Below, piece by piece: positions 1-13,099 of a stretch of 64,000 nt of DNA. Positions within the stretch are counted from its first letter, which is position 1, and each line of letters begins with the position of its first letter. Source of the stretch: Octopus vulgaris (Eukaryota); contig OX597824.1 of the NCBI GenBank assembly GCA_951406725.2, positions 2,170,001 to 2,234,000 on the forward strand, given 5' to 3'. Below the pieces are notes generated by a model. That model was not told the DNA's origin. It ran no database searches and worked only from the letters and a program-made list of their open reading frames with translations. The position numbers and the translations under genes were made by a program.

Positions 1-96
1 TTGTCTCATTAGTTATTCATTCAATCACGTTTTTCTAATCGATTACACACACACTCACACAGACACAGACACACACACACACACACACACACACAC

Positions 97-200
97 AACG
101 GTCTTCCTTCAGGTTTCGTCCATCAAATTCACTCACAAGGCTTTTATCTGACCCGGTTTATTGTAGAAGATACTAGCACGTGGTTATGCAACAAGCTTCT
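97..200 (-). mobile_element. Degenerate 5' fragment of bipartite tRNA/CORE-like SINE (family S2)
   Basis: Reverse complement matches 'tcttctactatagcctcgggccgaccaaagccttgtgagtggatttggtagacggaaactgaaagaagcccgtcgt' of the copies at 20867 and 47688. Confidence 0.7.
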
Positions 201-1882
201 CAATTTTAATCCCGCGGTGAGAAATAAAAAGCAAGCCAGATTTCATTGGTTGAATGTAAAAATGGTTCTGAAATTTGGAATCTGATTAAACATGTTCTTT
301 ATGAACGCTAACGAAATTCTTAACATTGTATACACGTGTTAGAAAGATAGAAAATGGATAAAATGTTATAAATATGAAGGAAAATAAGGAAATAAATCTA
401 AAATCTTAACAAACAATCAAGAAAAGCAAAGTCGTATTAAAACTATTGAAACAAATTTTTATCCGTAGTGCAAAGTTCGTTTAATGTTCCTGTTGTTGAT
501 GTAATTCTGCTGTATCATGCCCATAATAATTGCATTATAAATTTTGCATTTAAATACTTAATATATGCCCTTTCATTTCTCAATGATCGTTTGAGCATCG
601 GAAGCGTGAAGCTTTCTTTCTCTGTGAATAAGGTTAACAAAATTTATATCTTGCTCGTGGTAGGAACGTGGTTGATAACTTGACCAAGTGTTACTGCATG
701 GGAATGAAATTGCGAGAAATCTCAAATAAAATGAATTCAGATTACTGCCTGCACTTATAGTCGTTCACATTCAGGAGTGATTTCTGATTATGTTGTATAT
801 ATTTTTATATTAAGCTTGCATTGCAAATAAGTTTATTGATCTGATAAACCATTCAATTTTGATAATGTATTTGTGAAATAGAAATTTTCTTTTATTTATC
901 TATTTATTCATTTTTTTATTTTTGTTAGATAACTTATTAACGTTTTGAAGGGTCTTCATTGCGTGGCCGAAATTTTCGACTATCATTTTCTCTCATAATT
1001 GACAACGAAATTTAATCTGATAATACCTTGCAATATTGTAGCATGTTATTAAAATAATTTTTGCTATTATTGTATTAGTTTAATTTTTTTCGTTTTAATG
1101 AAAGTTATAACAGAGAAGAAAAAGTTTTATTTGATAATTCTCTCAGCATATTAAGAGAAGACTATATTAATGTATTTTGTTTTTCTTAATAAAACGTGAA
1201 TATATGATTTTAGTATAATATGAATTCATGTGAAGATAATTGCACATTGAAAATCACTGTATTAGACAAGTAGTGTCATGAAATGATTCAGTTAATATTT
1301 TTGAACAATAGAGTGGTTTTACATATATCTCAAACACTACAGTTAGTTTACGGATGTTTGTGGACTCATTATTCTAGGGATGACTGCGAAGGGATAAAAT
1401 TTAAGGTTTTCACCGACGTTGCCATTGAAAAATACATGAAAATGATGTAATAACCAATTGATTTTTTTTCCAGTGATAAGACATACTATATTTCTTATTT
1501 ACCAGTTCTGTGCAATCGCCAGTGTTTGTGCCAATAGTCATTTCCATTTAAAATGTGTCCCAAATTTATGAGACAATCTGTATAAAACGAGGTTGTTTTT
1601 TTTCCGCCTATAACTGACTGATGTTAAACTTGATTGATGTTTACTGATCATGTTAAGGTGAAATATGTACGTGATACATTTGCCCTTTTCGCTTAAATAT
1701 AAAGTTATTGATCAGATCTTGCTCATCCAGTGACATGATTAAGTAGATTCCATATATTTTTAACACTGTAAATAATTAGAAATTTCAAGAAATAATACAA
1801 CATAAATGAAGAAAATAATTTCTTCCTTCTTTTTATAGTTATAATGTATTTGATCTGAACCACCGCTCACATATATACACAC

Positions 1883-1934
<52 letters not shown>

Positions 1935-1944
1935 ATATATGACC

Positions 1945-2168
1945 TGGCTCTCCGTCGGTTGCGACGGCGTGTATTTCCGGTGAATCGGCCAAATTAACGT
2001 GCAAATAGCTGTGCTCTCTATTGACACACGTACCTTTCACGTAGTTTTCAGAAAAGATTAGGCGTGACAGGGTTGGCCCATTGGATCATGGTTACAACTC
2101 ATTTTTGCTAGCTTAATGAACTGGACCTACGTGAAATAAAGTGTCTTGCTCAAGCACACATTGCGATG
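1945..2168 (-). mobile_element. Degenerate SINE sharing its 3' tail with the tRNA-Arg-like SINE at 43555 (OR-type octopus SINE)
   Basis: 'ctccgtcggttgcgacg...aaattaacgtg...cacgtacctttcacgtagtt...gcgtgaca' aligns to 43565-43720; the minus strand also has CORE-like 'cttgagcaagacactttatttcacg'. Confidence 0.65.
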
Positions 2169-2505
2169 TCAATATTTATTGATTATAAAACTATAAAACG
2201 TCACTGAAAATTTCCTATCTGTGAGGAAATTTGTGGAATAATGATACTTGCTACAACAGGCGTGTTATTGCTCGTAATAAAATTTAATCTATCATCTAAA
2301 TAAATCGTGTTCTTCTTGCGGATTATACATTAGCTAAATACATAATTAGGTATTCATAATGTACAATGCCTATCTATCTATATATCTCTATATAATTGGC
2401 TTTATAAATACAAACATATATACAACACACAGACACTCACATACACACACATACATTCATATTACATACATACATACATACATATATGCACACATACATA
2501 GATGC

Positions 2506-2558
<53 letters not shown>

Positions 2559-3594
2559 CGGAACGATATACTTCATACGTTCATATTTTTAACTACATTA
2601 AAAGACCAGTTATATCTGTTATCATTTTAATGGACGAGAATTGTGACGTAACTTCATGAAATTTACACTAGAGGGCCAGAAGTGGCCATTTCTGCAGGTT
2701 TCTTGATTTCTACTGAGAAGTCATGCTTTAGCTATTTTGGGTCAGTCACAAAAATTAGATAAGTTAGGATTTTCTTCCGTTTACTTGTCCAAATGTTCGA
2801 GGGTTTTTATGTCACAGCATGAGAACTTTATTAAGCATTAGTGTGGGGGTGGGGACGGAAGGAAAAGCAGGAAAGCGCGCGAAAGAGAAAGGTAGTGGCA
2901 ATGACTGTGAAAGAGACAGGCAGGCTAACATACAGAGTACCAAGTTTAGTTTTTCTGCAGTTTTCTCTCAAGAATTTTTCTTGCTTAAAGTCATTTTGTC
3001 TTTTTTTTTTTTTTTGAAAAGCAGTACAATTCAATTAATTGTGCATTCTCATTTGATAGCCGCTAAACAAAGGGAATTATTCCTTTTAGCATTTTCTGCA
3101 ACACGAGAGAGATATTAATTTCATGTTAATTGTTACTCTTAACTGAAACGAAAGGCATGTAAAATTCGTTTTAATAATATTCTACAATCACAAAACCAGT
3201 TTCATGTAAATTTATGACAGAAAATAAACATTCGACAGATCTCGAAACTTCGAATTTAATTTTCCATTGATAACTATTATCTTTTTTTCCAACTTTTTAC
3301 GGAACACATCCGGAAGGTAGTCCAATGGAGATCTATCAGAGATATCGTTTTAGAAATAATGTGCTATTAGGAGGGCTTAAAGCACCGTTTTTCAACAATA
3401 TAGTTTGCAGTTTCACAGTCTGTATGGTCTAGTTCCAATTGCCAAAAATTGTTAACCTCACATGCCTTAACAGAGCTTTACGGAAAAATATTCCAAATGC
3501 TGGAAACCTGTGGTTACAGGATTTATAGAGAACCTTATTGATATGTTTAATGATGCATTCATACATATACATACATACATACATACATATATGC

Positions 3595-3679
<85 letters not shown>

Positions 3680-3683
3680 ATAT

Positions 3684-4060
3684 AGTGTAAAGATTATTTG
3701 ACAACAGGATGTGGCAGTCCTGATTAGGACGATTGTTACTCTTATCCCAGGGAACATCGTCTCCAGCTGGCTATACGACACTAAAGGCGTCCTTATATTT
3801 CCGAAGAACGGTGTTTAGCGTCCGCACTCACCTCAGAGCAACATCTGTGTGCCACTGGTTTCTGGGCTTCGTCAGAACAGAATAACCACGGCTGTGGGTT
3901 ATGAGCTGAGTGGGGACGCTAAACTCCCTTGTTCGAAAATATAAGGACGCAGATAGTGTGTCGTATAGCCAGCTGGAGACGATGTTTCCTGGGGCTTAAA
4001 AGCAATAACAATCGTCCTAACCAGAGCTGTCACATTTAGTTGGCAAAAACAATCCTTACT
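3684..4060. mobile_element. Fold-back element with ~150-bp imperfect inverted arms and a hammerhead-like loop (family D)
   Basis: Arm ~3686-3835 is the reverse complement of ~3902-4060 (e.g. aacatcgtctccagctggctatacgacac / gtgtcgtatagccagctggagacgatgtt); it abuts (TA)n at 3606-3683. Confidence 0.85.
3844..3883 (-). ncRNA. Degenerate minimal type-I hammerhead-like motif
   Basis: Minus strand reads tctgtt-CTGACGA-agccca-GAAA-ccagtgg-CA-cacaga; U16.1 is mutated to C and stem II is rudimentary. Confidence 0.45.
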
Positions 4061-4636
4061 TTAGATTACTTTTACTGAATCTCTCTCGTTCAGAGATTTA
4101 GATATAATAATTTTCTGTTTATATATATATTTGTGTCTGTCACTTTGAAAAATATATATTTCAAGAAAGGTTTGGTGGTGCCATCTCTACCAAGAATTCA
4201 CAACGACCTCGAACCCAAAAGAGTAAACAAGAGAGAGAGAAACTGGCAAAAACAAGGAAAATGCCCCTTGTATTTGAACACTATGCAAATATTCTTTTAA
4301 AAAACTTTTCTTTTTATTTTCCCAAAATGCAATAGTTTCCCATACTTTCAGTTGAAAAAGTCTTAATGAAACCGGTACTGAAATGTTTTTTCAAAACTTA
4401 TTTTACCATTTTCTACCTTTTTTTTCCATATATATATATATATAAATATCAGTTGTAAATTGTAAAACATACCAGTCAGCACTACTACACGAACACGAAG
4501 ATTGCATAGTTTAATGCATGAAACTAGCAGTTCAATCAAAATGGACATTTAATATTCATTTCATCATATTATATTCTCTTATATTATTATAAGATTGTAA
4601 ATAAAACGTGAATATCAAAGCTGGAATTTCTTTGAG

Positions 4637-4692
<56 letters not shown>

Positions 4693-4719
4693 TAGAAATA
4701 TGAAATTTCTAAATATCTC

Positions 4720-4774
<55 letters not shown>

Positions 4775-4913
4775 GTATATGCATCACATTCACACACACA
4801 CATAAATATATATAGATACACGTCGTATTGTAATAGATTTGTTAACTGGAATAAATGGATGGGGTATAATTTTCACTTAATCCGATTAAATTAGAGAGAG
4901 AAAAACTGTCTGT

Positions 4914-4952
<39 letters not shown>

Positions 4953-5974
4953 CATACATACATACATACGTACATGTATGTATAAATATATATATATATG
5001 TTGTGTGTGTGCGTTTGTGTGTGTAAATGTATCTGCAGTTACACATTTTGAAGCAGTAACAGTACATCAAATCGCTTCTGTATGATTTCTAGCAGACTAA
5101 ACAAACTTTAGAACGCCTTGCTTAAGACGTTGTGAAGCGCTGAAGCATTGAGTGTGTCTGAGCGTCTGTGATTAAATAACATAGATACCGATGTCAGAAG
5201 TGACGTGTCCGCTCTATTATAGCTATCTGCAGAGGGAAACGGAGTGATATGGCAGTTTAATAGCAGATCAAATAAATGGCTGGAGAGTGACAATGAGTTT
5301 CAACATTTCAACAACTCTAGACATTTTACTTGTCGGACAGGTTATCAACTCTTTTATAACTTAAAATTAACTTTTATTGCGTACGATAAAACAAGTTCAC
5401 TGTTTCAGATTCTTTGTCTCATATTCTGGTAACCTTGCATTGATTTCTCTCTCGTTCGGCAACCGATCCCGACGCAAATCGATATTAATTTCTTAACGCT
5501 GTTTGCTTTTGCCTTCTGTCCTTACACATACAGACACACAGACACACACGTGCACAAATACACACACACACATTCACGCGCGCGCACACACACATATACA
5601 TATGTAGACAGTTAACTATTGAGGGAATATAAGTAGGTGTATATGTGTGTATATTGAGGTGCGTATATCAATATACGTGTCTTTGCGTTCATGTATCATT
5701 AAATTCTCAATTATCACATAATTCAAAGTAATACAATTTGATACTGGTGTCATATGCATGGGTTTGTGGTCTAAATTCTTTTATCTCAATTTACATGGTT
5801 TCATGTTCGATGTAAACATGTGTAAATTTGAGGTAGAAACTTCCATCAGTTTTTCGGCAGATATTGGTATACAGAACAAAAAATACCATACATGCATACG
5901 TACATACACGTGTGTGTATACATATGTATATATATATCTATATATATTTACTGATGGAACATACCAGTCGGTAT

Positions 5975-6096
5975 CGTGATCCCTCACTATATCGTGCTTC
6001 AGCTGTGGCTGTTCTATTGCAGCTTATTATTTAAGCTTGCGTTGATTCCTATGTGGTGTTATTTTGAATTTATGATACAATAATTATATACAAATG

Positions 6097-6135
<39 letters not shown>

Positions 6136-6347
6136 TCGTTAGCCACTACACACATTTTTTTCTCTTCTTTTTCTCTCCTTTTTCTCTCCTTGATTCTCTC
6201 CTTGTTTTCTGTGTCCCTTTCTGTAGAAGAACGTAGGCTTGAAACGTTAAAGACTTTTTCTATTCCTGAGTGTTATATTAATGCATCTGTTTGTTTTGTA
6301 CACCACCTGTCTTCGTTTTTTGATTTTTTCGTGAACTCTCCCCCCCG

Positions 6348-6381
<34 letters not shown>

Positions 6382-6464
6382 CAATACTAGTTCTAAATCG
6401 CGGTTTTTCACATATCGCGAGGGGGTTTGAAACGTAACCCCCGCGATAGTCGAGGGATTACTGT
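5975..6464. mobile_element. Putative pogo/Tigger-type MITE interrupted by (TA)n and a hammerhead mini-element
   Basis: Left end 'gtgatccctcactatatcgtg' resembles the reverse complement of the right end 'cagtaatccctcgactatcgcgg'; CAGT..TCCCTCG termini are typical of pogo/Tigger. Confidence 0.45.
6133..6350 (+). mobile_element. Hammerhead mini-element family A, copy 1, flanked by (TA)n on both sides
   Basis: Homologous to 39203-39392, 30407-30560 (rc) and 35494-35628 (rc); carries cttt-CTGTAGA-a-gaac-gtag-gctt-GAAA-cg-TT-aaag at 6217-6252. Confidence 0.8.
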
Positions 6465-6788
6465 TTGCGGATTCGATTTCGCTTGTCTGTTACTTCAATT
6501 GCGTTCTTCTTCTTTAGCATCACCAACGACCCATTAACCATTACTGAAATATCTACGAAATATAGCAGTGTAACATTCTTGGATTCACCAATTTTACATA
6601 TTAAACACTTTCCTTGCAAGGCTGATTTCTTGCGATGTTTCGCATCCGAAAACGTTTAATGTAAAAATAACAACAAAAAAAAACAATGCGATCGCAGATG
6701 GAAATATGTAATGGGTGTATATGCATATTTTCCTTCCGGCTGTAATTTCTATAGAATATCTGTATAGATAACTTTAACGAACATATAT

Positions 6789-7295
6789 CACTGCTAACAC
6801 CGTAGGGCACGTTGTTGACTTATAAAGCGTTTAATGTACTTTGTAGAATATTATGGTTGCATAACGAAATACAGTGTCCCTACAAGTAATTAACATGAGC
6901 GTACCAGCTGCCAAGAATGTGTTTAATAATGTAACATTGATGTATCCTCTAAGGTTACAACGATACGTTTCGTGGTAATTTAAGCAATCAGCTCGCGGTT
7001 GTTTAATCGGTTGGATGCGACACTGAAGAAGGATCAACAACTCTTGAAATATCCATATACACTCATTACCTATTTCTCTATCTTCAATCGCATTGTTGTT
7101 CACCTTAGACTCATTCGCATACAAAACGTCGTAAGAAACCAGCTCTGACTATAATTTGCAGAAAAAACCTTAACAAGTGATTTAATAGCACTGCTAACAC
7201 AGTTACGCACAGTATTGGTTTATAAAGCATTTGATATACTTTGTAGTATATTATGGTTGCATCACGAAATACGCTGTCCCTGCAAGTAATTAACA
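6789..7295 (+). repeat. Diverged direct duplication of ~107 bp, copies 400 bp apart (6789-6895 and 7189-7295)
   Basis: 'cactgctaacac...tttgtag(a/t)atattatggttgcat(a/c)acgaaatac...tgtccct(a/g)caagtaattaaca' occurs twice. Confidence 0.85.
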
Positions 7296-7329
7296 CATAC
7301 TAAAAGATTATCCGGCATGTACAGGAGTA

Positions 7330-8480
7330 GACATAAATCAGGACAAATCAGTGCGTTTGCAGCTAGTCTCTTGGTGAGGAAAATCCATAGTAACTAACGG
7401 CGGTATCTCTACCTGGACGGAGGGTCCGCCGAAATTCCTCGGAATCTGGTTCGAACCTGTTTTCCAAGTAGCTAGGAACGGGGAAGAGTTGATGCTCAGG
7501 GTGCTTAGATTATAGCGCTTGCTATGTTGATTGCTATGTTGAACCTGAAAGAGTCAGGTTCCGCTGGTCAGAAAATCCATCTTGTGTCAACACCTGCTTC
7601 GCGGTGGACCTAAGAATTCCTCCGTGATGATGCGATGCCACGCGTTGAGGATCACGCACCTACAGAAATATGTAAGCCACTGCGATGGTGGGAACGACGA
7701 CGACGGAAACAAAGTTGAACTGGTCCGGGTGTCCTTCGTGCGACACGTCTTTCCGCAACCCATTTTGTTAACAGAACGGCAATAATGAGTCAAATGCAGA
7801 GCAAGATTGGGCGTTTGTCAACTAGAATGTTGCCAGGCATCACTGCACTGTACCACCTGGACAGAACCGTTGGCGAGTAAACAACCCACGATTTCTATTG
7901 TGGGTTAGTTGAAGGTATAAGCGACGGTGGCCCAGGATTGACTCTGAGCTCGACGAGAACAGTCTGAGTGGTGTCTTCCAGAGGACTTTTGAGTCGAAGA
8001 TCAAGAACAATTTTGAAGAGACTTTAGCATAGCAGCGATAGGGCGAGGCATTGCTTGTACGAGACAAGCTCTTCAGGCATGGAAATGCCAACAGCCGAAC
8101 CTACCCACGTTGCATTCAAGAGGACAAAACCGTCCTGCATGCAATCGCTCATTAGAGGCTTCTGGAATTGTGTTGAGCAGTTACTGTCTCGTGTAAGCGG
8201 CTGTCTGCCGAACGTATAGTGGTGATTGACACACTACCTTCCTTTAGCAGAGATCGAAGGAAGATCTATCTCTGCTTATTGGCTGTTGCAATAATGGTTG
8301 TGTAACGGACACGTTTGAAACGTTTTAAGACAATCACTTTCTTATCTGGTGAAGCTCTCATCAGTTCCTTCAAATATTATTTGAAGAGGAAGGTGGGGGT
8401 AGAGAGGGGGTGCCGCCTTTTAGTGTGTTTATCAAAAGGTGGATGAGAGTGGCCTGATTGATGAGACTCTATGGATTACT
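7330..8480 (+). pseudogene. Decayed Tx1/L1-clade LINE ORF2 3' portion (RT thumb to C-terminal zinc-binding region)
   Basis: Broken frames give KFLGIWF (~7432), VRKSILCQHLLRGG (~7567) and ALLVRDKLFRHGNANSRTYPRCIQEDKTVLHA (~8048-8143, zf-RVT-like); many stops and frameshifts; GC content is above the flanks. Confidence 0.7.
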
Positions 8481-9879
8481 CTGTGTATGCTTTTTCTGAG
8501 TAGCAGGAGAGAAACTGGGAGATGACACTTTGCTATACCTTAAGGATGACCAACTAATCCGGGTCATTTTGTGTGGGTTGTACTCTGAATTACTTAAGTG
8601 AAATATTTGTTAATTCTGTTAATTAATTATTTATTTCTCTAGCTTCTATTTATATATCTCTTATATTCTTGACTTTGGATATAGACCACTCTGTAACAGT
8701 TTTATAACACTACAAAAACGAAATCAGTAACAAACACGTAACAAATGTATATCTCTTCTCAACGGCTTCTATGACTGCCTTCACAAATGCGACTGCAGAC
8801 GTCACGCTGTACGTCACATTGTCAATACGCATGCGCCTTTATGGGATTTAGGACAGTTCACTTTCTGTGCCACAAGGGTGTCAGGATTGTACCACAACAA
8901 TATCCTTTTTTATATCCTTTAACATTGTAGTGTCTCTCTTTGATCAATATGAACCCCACCTGCTTTCCTGTGTTTTATCTCAGCCTTTGATATTGTTCTC
9001 CATGTCTAGGGTCCCTTAGGCCAACAAAAGAAATTATTATTATTGTTGTTGTTGTTCACTTATAATTTAATTAGTATTTACTTTCGAAACTAATTTCATC
9101 GAGCATGGAGATACTCTGTGTGTCTTCCTTCATTGTCCATAAATTGTAACTGACAGATAAGGATAATTTTGACTTGGAATTATTTCAACTCACTCCTTGA
9201 ACAGCCTACTTCAACCGCACCATTTCAGTTCAGTATTTCACTTTTGACTTTACACACTTGACGTAAATGTCCTTTCCGCGATCTCAGCGATCTTCTGCGC
9301 CATTCACCGATGCCTACATCACGTTTTCAGGCATTAAGTATTTGAGGAGATAGTAAGCAAGTTTATTGTCGCATGAGAAATTGATTATAGCAATACAAGT
9401 AAAATAACGGGATACAATACTCGTTCTTTTCATAGTGTTGCCAGTGATTAGCTATATCTATTGTATTAAACCACACTTCCGATACCTGAGTTAACATTCG
9501 ACATTTAGCCCCATGTACCCACACAACATGCTGCACTCCGAATAGATACTTCAGATTGAAGATTAGGATGACGAAGATTGCAATACCCAACTTTTCATAA
9601 AAAATTTATGAGAGATGGTAAGCTTTCATGAGCTTAACACACATTTTCATTGGTACTGAACTTCAGTATGATCTTGGGGGATGTTTTAATTAATTGAATG
9701 GATAAAAGTAATATTTACTTCGAGATAGTTGGGTTTCTTTTCTTGGGGTCGCTCCATATTTATAGTATAATTAGATAAATTAGTCTCAACATAGTTTATA
9801 TACGGAACATTGAAAAGCTAAACAAAAACACATATGAAGCAAGAAAATATATTTTATGGTTAATATCTGTTGCACCTTT

Positions 9880-10090
9880 AAAGGTGGTAAGCTGGCCCAA
9901 TTGTTAGCACGCCGGGCAAAATGCTTAGCGGCATTTCGTCCGTTTTTACATTCTGAGTTCAAATTCCACCGAGATAGACTCTGTCTTTCATCCGTTCGTG
10001 ATCCATAAAATAATTCCCAGTTGAGCACAGGAGTCGACATAACCGAATCGACTTAACCCCTCCACCGAAATTGTTTGAAACCAATATTGT
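9880..10090 (+). mobile_element. tRNA-derived SINE family S1, diverged copy
   Basis: ggtggtaagctggc...gttagcacgccgggc...ctgagttcaaattcc (B-box) followed by the central domain. Confidence 0.8.
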
Positions 10091-10282
10091 TAATTGCAGC
10101 CAAGTAAGCATGGGAGACAAATGTTGACATGTGTCGAAACTATTATGTCCTCATCACTCTCTTCCTAATTGATGCAACACTACACCATTAATCAAATGTA
10201 TTTATATTCTATTTTCGATGTCATTAGAAATTGAAGTGAAAATGATCATGCACAGTGTATTGTTTTATATTTTATTAGAAAA

Positions 10283-10514
10283 AGGTGGTGAGCTGGCAGA
10301 AACGTTAGCAGGCCGGGCGAAATGCGTAGCCGTATTTCGTCTGCCGTTACGTTCTGATTTCAAATTCCGCCGAGGTCGACTTTGCCTTTCATCCTTTCGG
10401 GGTCGATAAATTAAGTACCAGTTACGCACTGGGGTCGATGTAATCGACTTAATCCGTTTCTCTGTCCTTGTTTGTCCCCTCTGTGTTTAGCCCTTTGTGG
10501 GTAGTAAAGAAATA
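10283..10514 (+). mobile_element. tRNA-derived SINE family S1, full length with tail A
   Basis: Head ggtggtgagctggcagaaacgttagc, central gaggtcgactttgcctttcatcctttcggggtcgataaattaagtacc, tail ...gtgggtagtaaagaaata. Confidence 0.9.
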
Positions 10515-10779
10515 TATGTTGTTAGAATTCTAATTAACTCTGCTAAAATCGTTCTCTTTTTCCATAGGTTTTTGTATTGACTTCCAAAATGAATGAAAAT
10601 CTTTACAAACAAATCTGTTATTTGCTACATGCTGATGAAGACTGCATATCCGAGATGCATTGGAAATGTTTTCGGGCTTATTTTAAGAGAGGCAGTTATA
10701 TATGTCTTAGGTTATTGTAATTTTAATATATCATGAATACACATCATATAAACTGATTGTCAAATTTTATAATTCCAAA

Positions 10780-11160
10780 GTGAATGAGACGGCTGTCTAC
10801 ACCCGACTAAACACTGCTTGTCACAGCTGACTACTTTGCATAACGTAGTCGGAACGTTTCAAAGTTCGGTGTGCAATACAATTCTGTGTTCAACTGGGCA
10901 AAAACGTTACAGAAATTTATGAAATGCTCTTCGCTGGCACAAGAGGTCCAAGGGCGGTAAAGAAAAAGTGAGTAAAGATGAAAAGAATGTCAGAACATCG
11001 GAGCTGGTTGAGAAAATACGCAATTTTCTCGATGAAGATCGTCCTGTGGTTATAAAGATAAGCATATTGTTGGTACTGCAATTGTATACAGAATTATTCA
11101 TAAAGAACTGATTATAGGCAAGGTTCGTGCAAACTTCGATCCCAGGCTGCTTAGATTGTT
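10780..11160 (+). pseudogene. Mariner transposase N-terminal (HTH) remnant, related to the 54.4-55.7 kb element
   Basis: Translates as FCVQLGKNVTEIYEML, FRWHKRSKGGKEKVSKDE and KVRANFDPRLL (degenerate WVPHEL/FVPRLL linker); internal deletions. Confidence 0.7.
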
Positions 11161-13099
11161 TGTTAAGCTATGTACAATACTTTGCTAGTATTTCTTTATT
11201 CACATTTTGTGCCTATTCGTAAAGCTTTTTACCGAATTTAGTTTTTAGTCAAGCAATTGTATTACTGATTCCTTGTTCTCACATGACATTATTTCTGAAG
11301 TAGTAGGTTTTATGAACAAGAATTCCAATTATATATATACACAGGCTCCTTGTTTACCCCTAACAAATGCCTATGCCTACAAGCAGTCACATGACTAGTT
11401 CGTTAACTATCACAGGAAACTTACAAATTCTTGTGGATGATTTGCCACAGATAATAAAAGATTTATAGTTCTTTACAATTTTGAGAGTTCACAGGATTCT
11501 TTTTCCTTTACTGTCTTTTTTCTTCATATCTTTTTTTTTGTCCTTAATACAGAATTTTAAGAGAGATTCTGCTAAATATCGGACTGAATTTCGGCTGCTT
11601 CGCACGGAATATAAATACATTATGGCACTCATGTTTCCAAAGACATTCTTTTTATTGCAATAATATATGAATTATGGGGAATATTGTTACATTAACAATG
11701 AAGGTTTTCCAGTCATTGCGACAGAAATCTTTTCAACTCCTCGAAACCATTTACTTGTTTCGATTGAAGCACGCTGCACTGCGCGTAAATCTCTGAATCA
11801 TTAATTTTCCATCACATATTTTTCGTCGCTAACATAGTTTCTCACTTTTCGAAGATTAGGAAGCTTTTGTTCCATATATTCTCGTCAAATACATCGCTCG
11901 TTATGGCTGTGAGAGAGAGAGACAGAGAGGCAGAGAGACAGAGACAGAGAGAGAGGCAGAGAGAATATATTTGTTGACACCTAAGAAAGCTGTTGAGATG
12001 TCCGAATGTTATGCTCAATGCCTGTAATTCGTTTTGATATTCATAACTGAGTGTTCTTCATTTCTTTTCTGTTTACCTTCAGAGCGACATCGAGATATTA
12101 TCACAATTGTATAGATATGTCCTTTGTTAGAGTCATGTAGCTATTATTTCATTGTTATTCAAACAAATGCTTCATGAATTTATTTCACAATGGCTTCGTA
12201 CTGTCAGAGATTATTAGATTGCTGTTTTGTTACCAAAACTGGTCGAATAAGAGAAATTCTTCAAATATTTTGCATCGTGGCAGTAAAGAAGTTTTACAGA
12301 CGGATATCTCAGCAAGTAAATTCTATACTCATCCACAGGAAATCTATATACGCTTTATCATTATTTTTAGAAAGAAAATTGTGTGCTAGCGTTGCTGGAT
12401 AATTGCCACTAACAACTATATTTTTGATTCTGGTGTTCTTAGAAGTAGTCGTAGATCTTAGGGTTTAATGTACAGGAGAGAAAACTGGGAGATGTCACTC
12501 GGTCTGTAGCTGTCTGTGAAAGAAAGTGTTTATCAGTTAAGCATGTATCTTACCATCATATTCTTCAGCCATATTTTGCATGTATGAAAATATAAAGAAA
12601 TCTAGATGGCAACAATAACACACCAGTTAATTGGTTGTGCCAAGAGAAACATTGCTAAGAAGTCTCTTTCTATGTTTTTATTGCGCTGTATTTCCTTTGT
12701 GCGTCTGTAGAAGGGACGGCCGCTAACATTTTGTTATTGCTGTCAGGGAAACGAATGATGGTTATAGGCACATTCTATGTACTCTCTGACGCTGTGAATT
12801 AATATCTTTCCTGAAACTCAACGCACAAACTAGGCGTCACGATAAGATAGTGGTTAGGAGGAAATCAAATGTATATAGCGGTATCGGTATGCAAATAAAT
12901 AAACAGATTTCCCTCTCTCACCCCTACCTATCTCTGTCTCTCTCTCGCTCTCACTCGATGTATATAATAATTGTGTGTGTGTGTGTATGTGTATGTGTAT
13001 ATCTATGTGTGTGTGTGTGTGTGTATACACTCACATCTTTGCTCTTCAAATCTGATTCTGAGGGATGGGTTCGCGAACGAGAATATGTCTTTTAATCCA

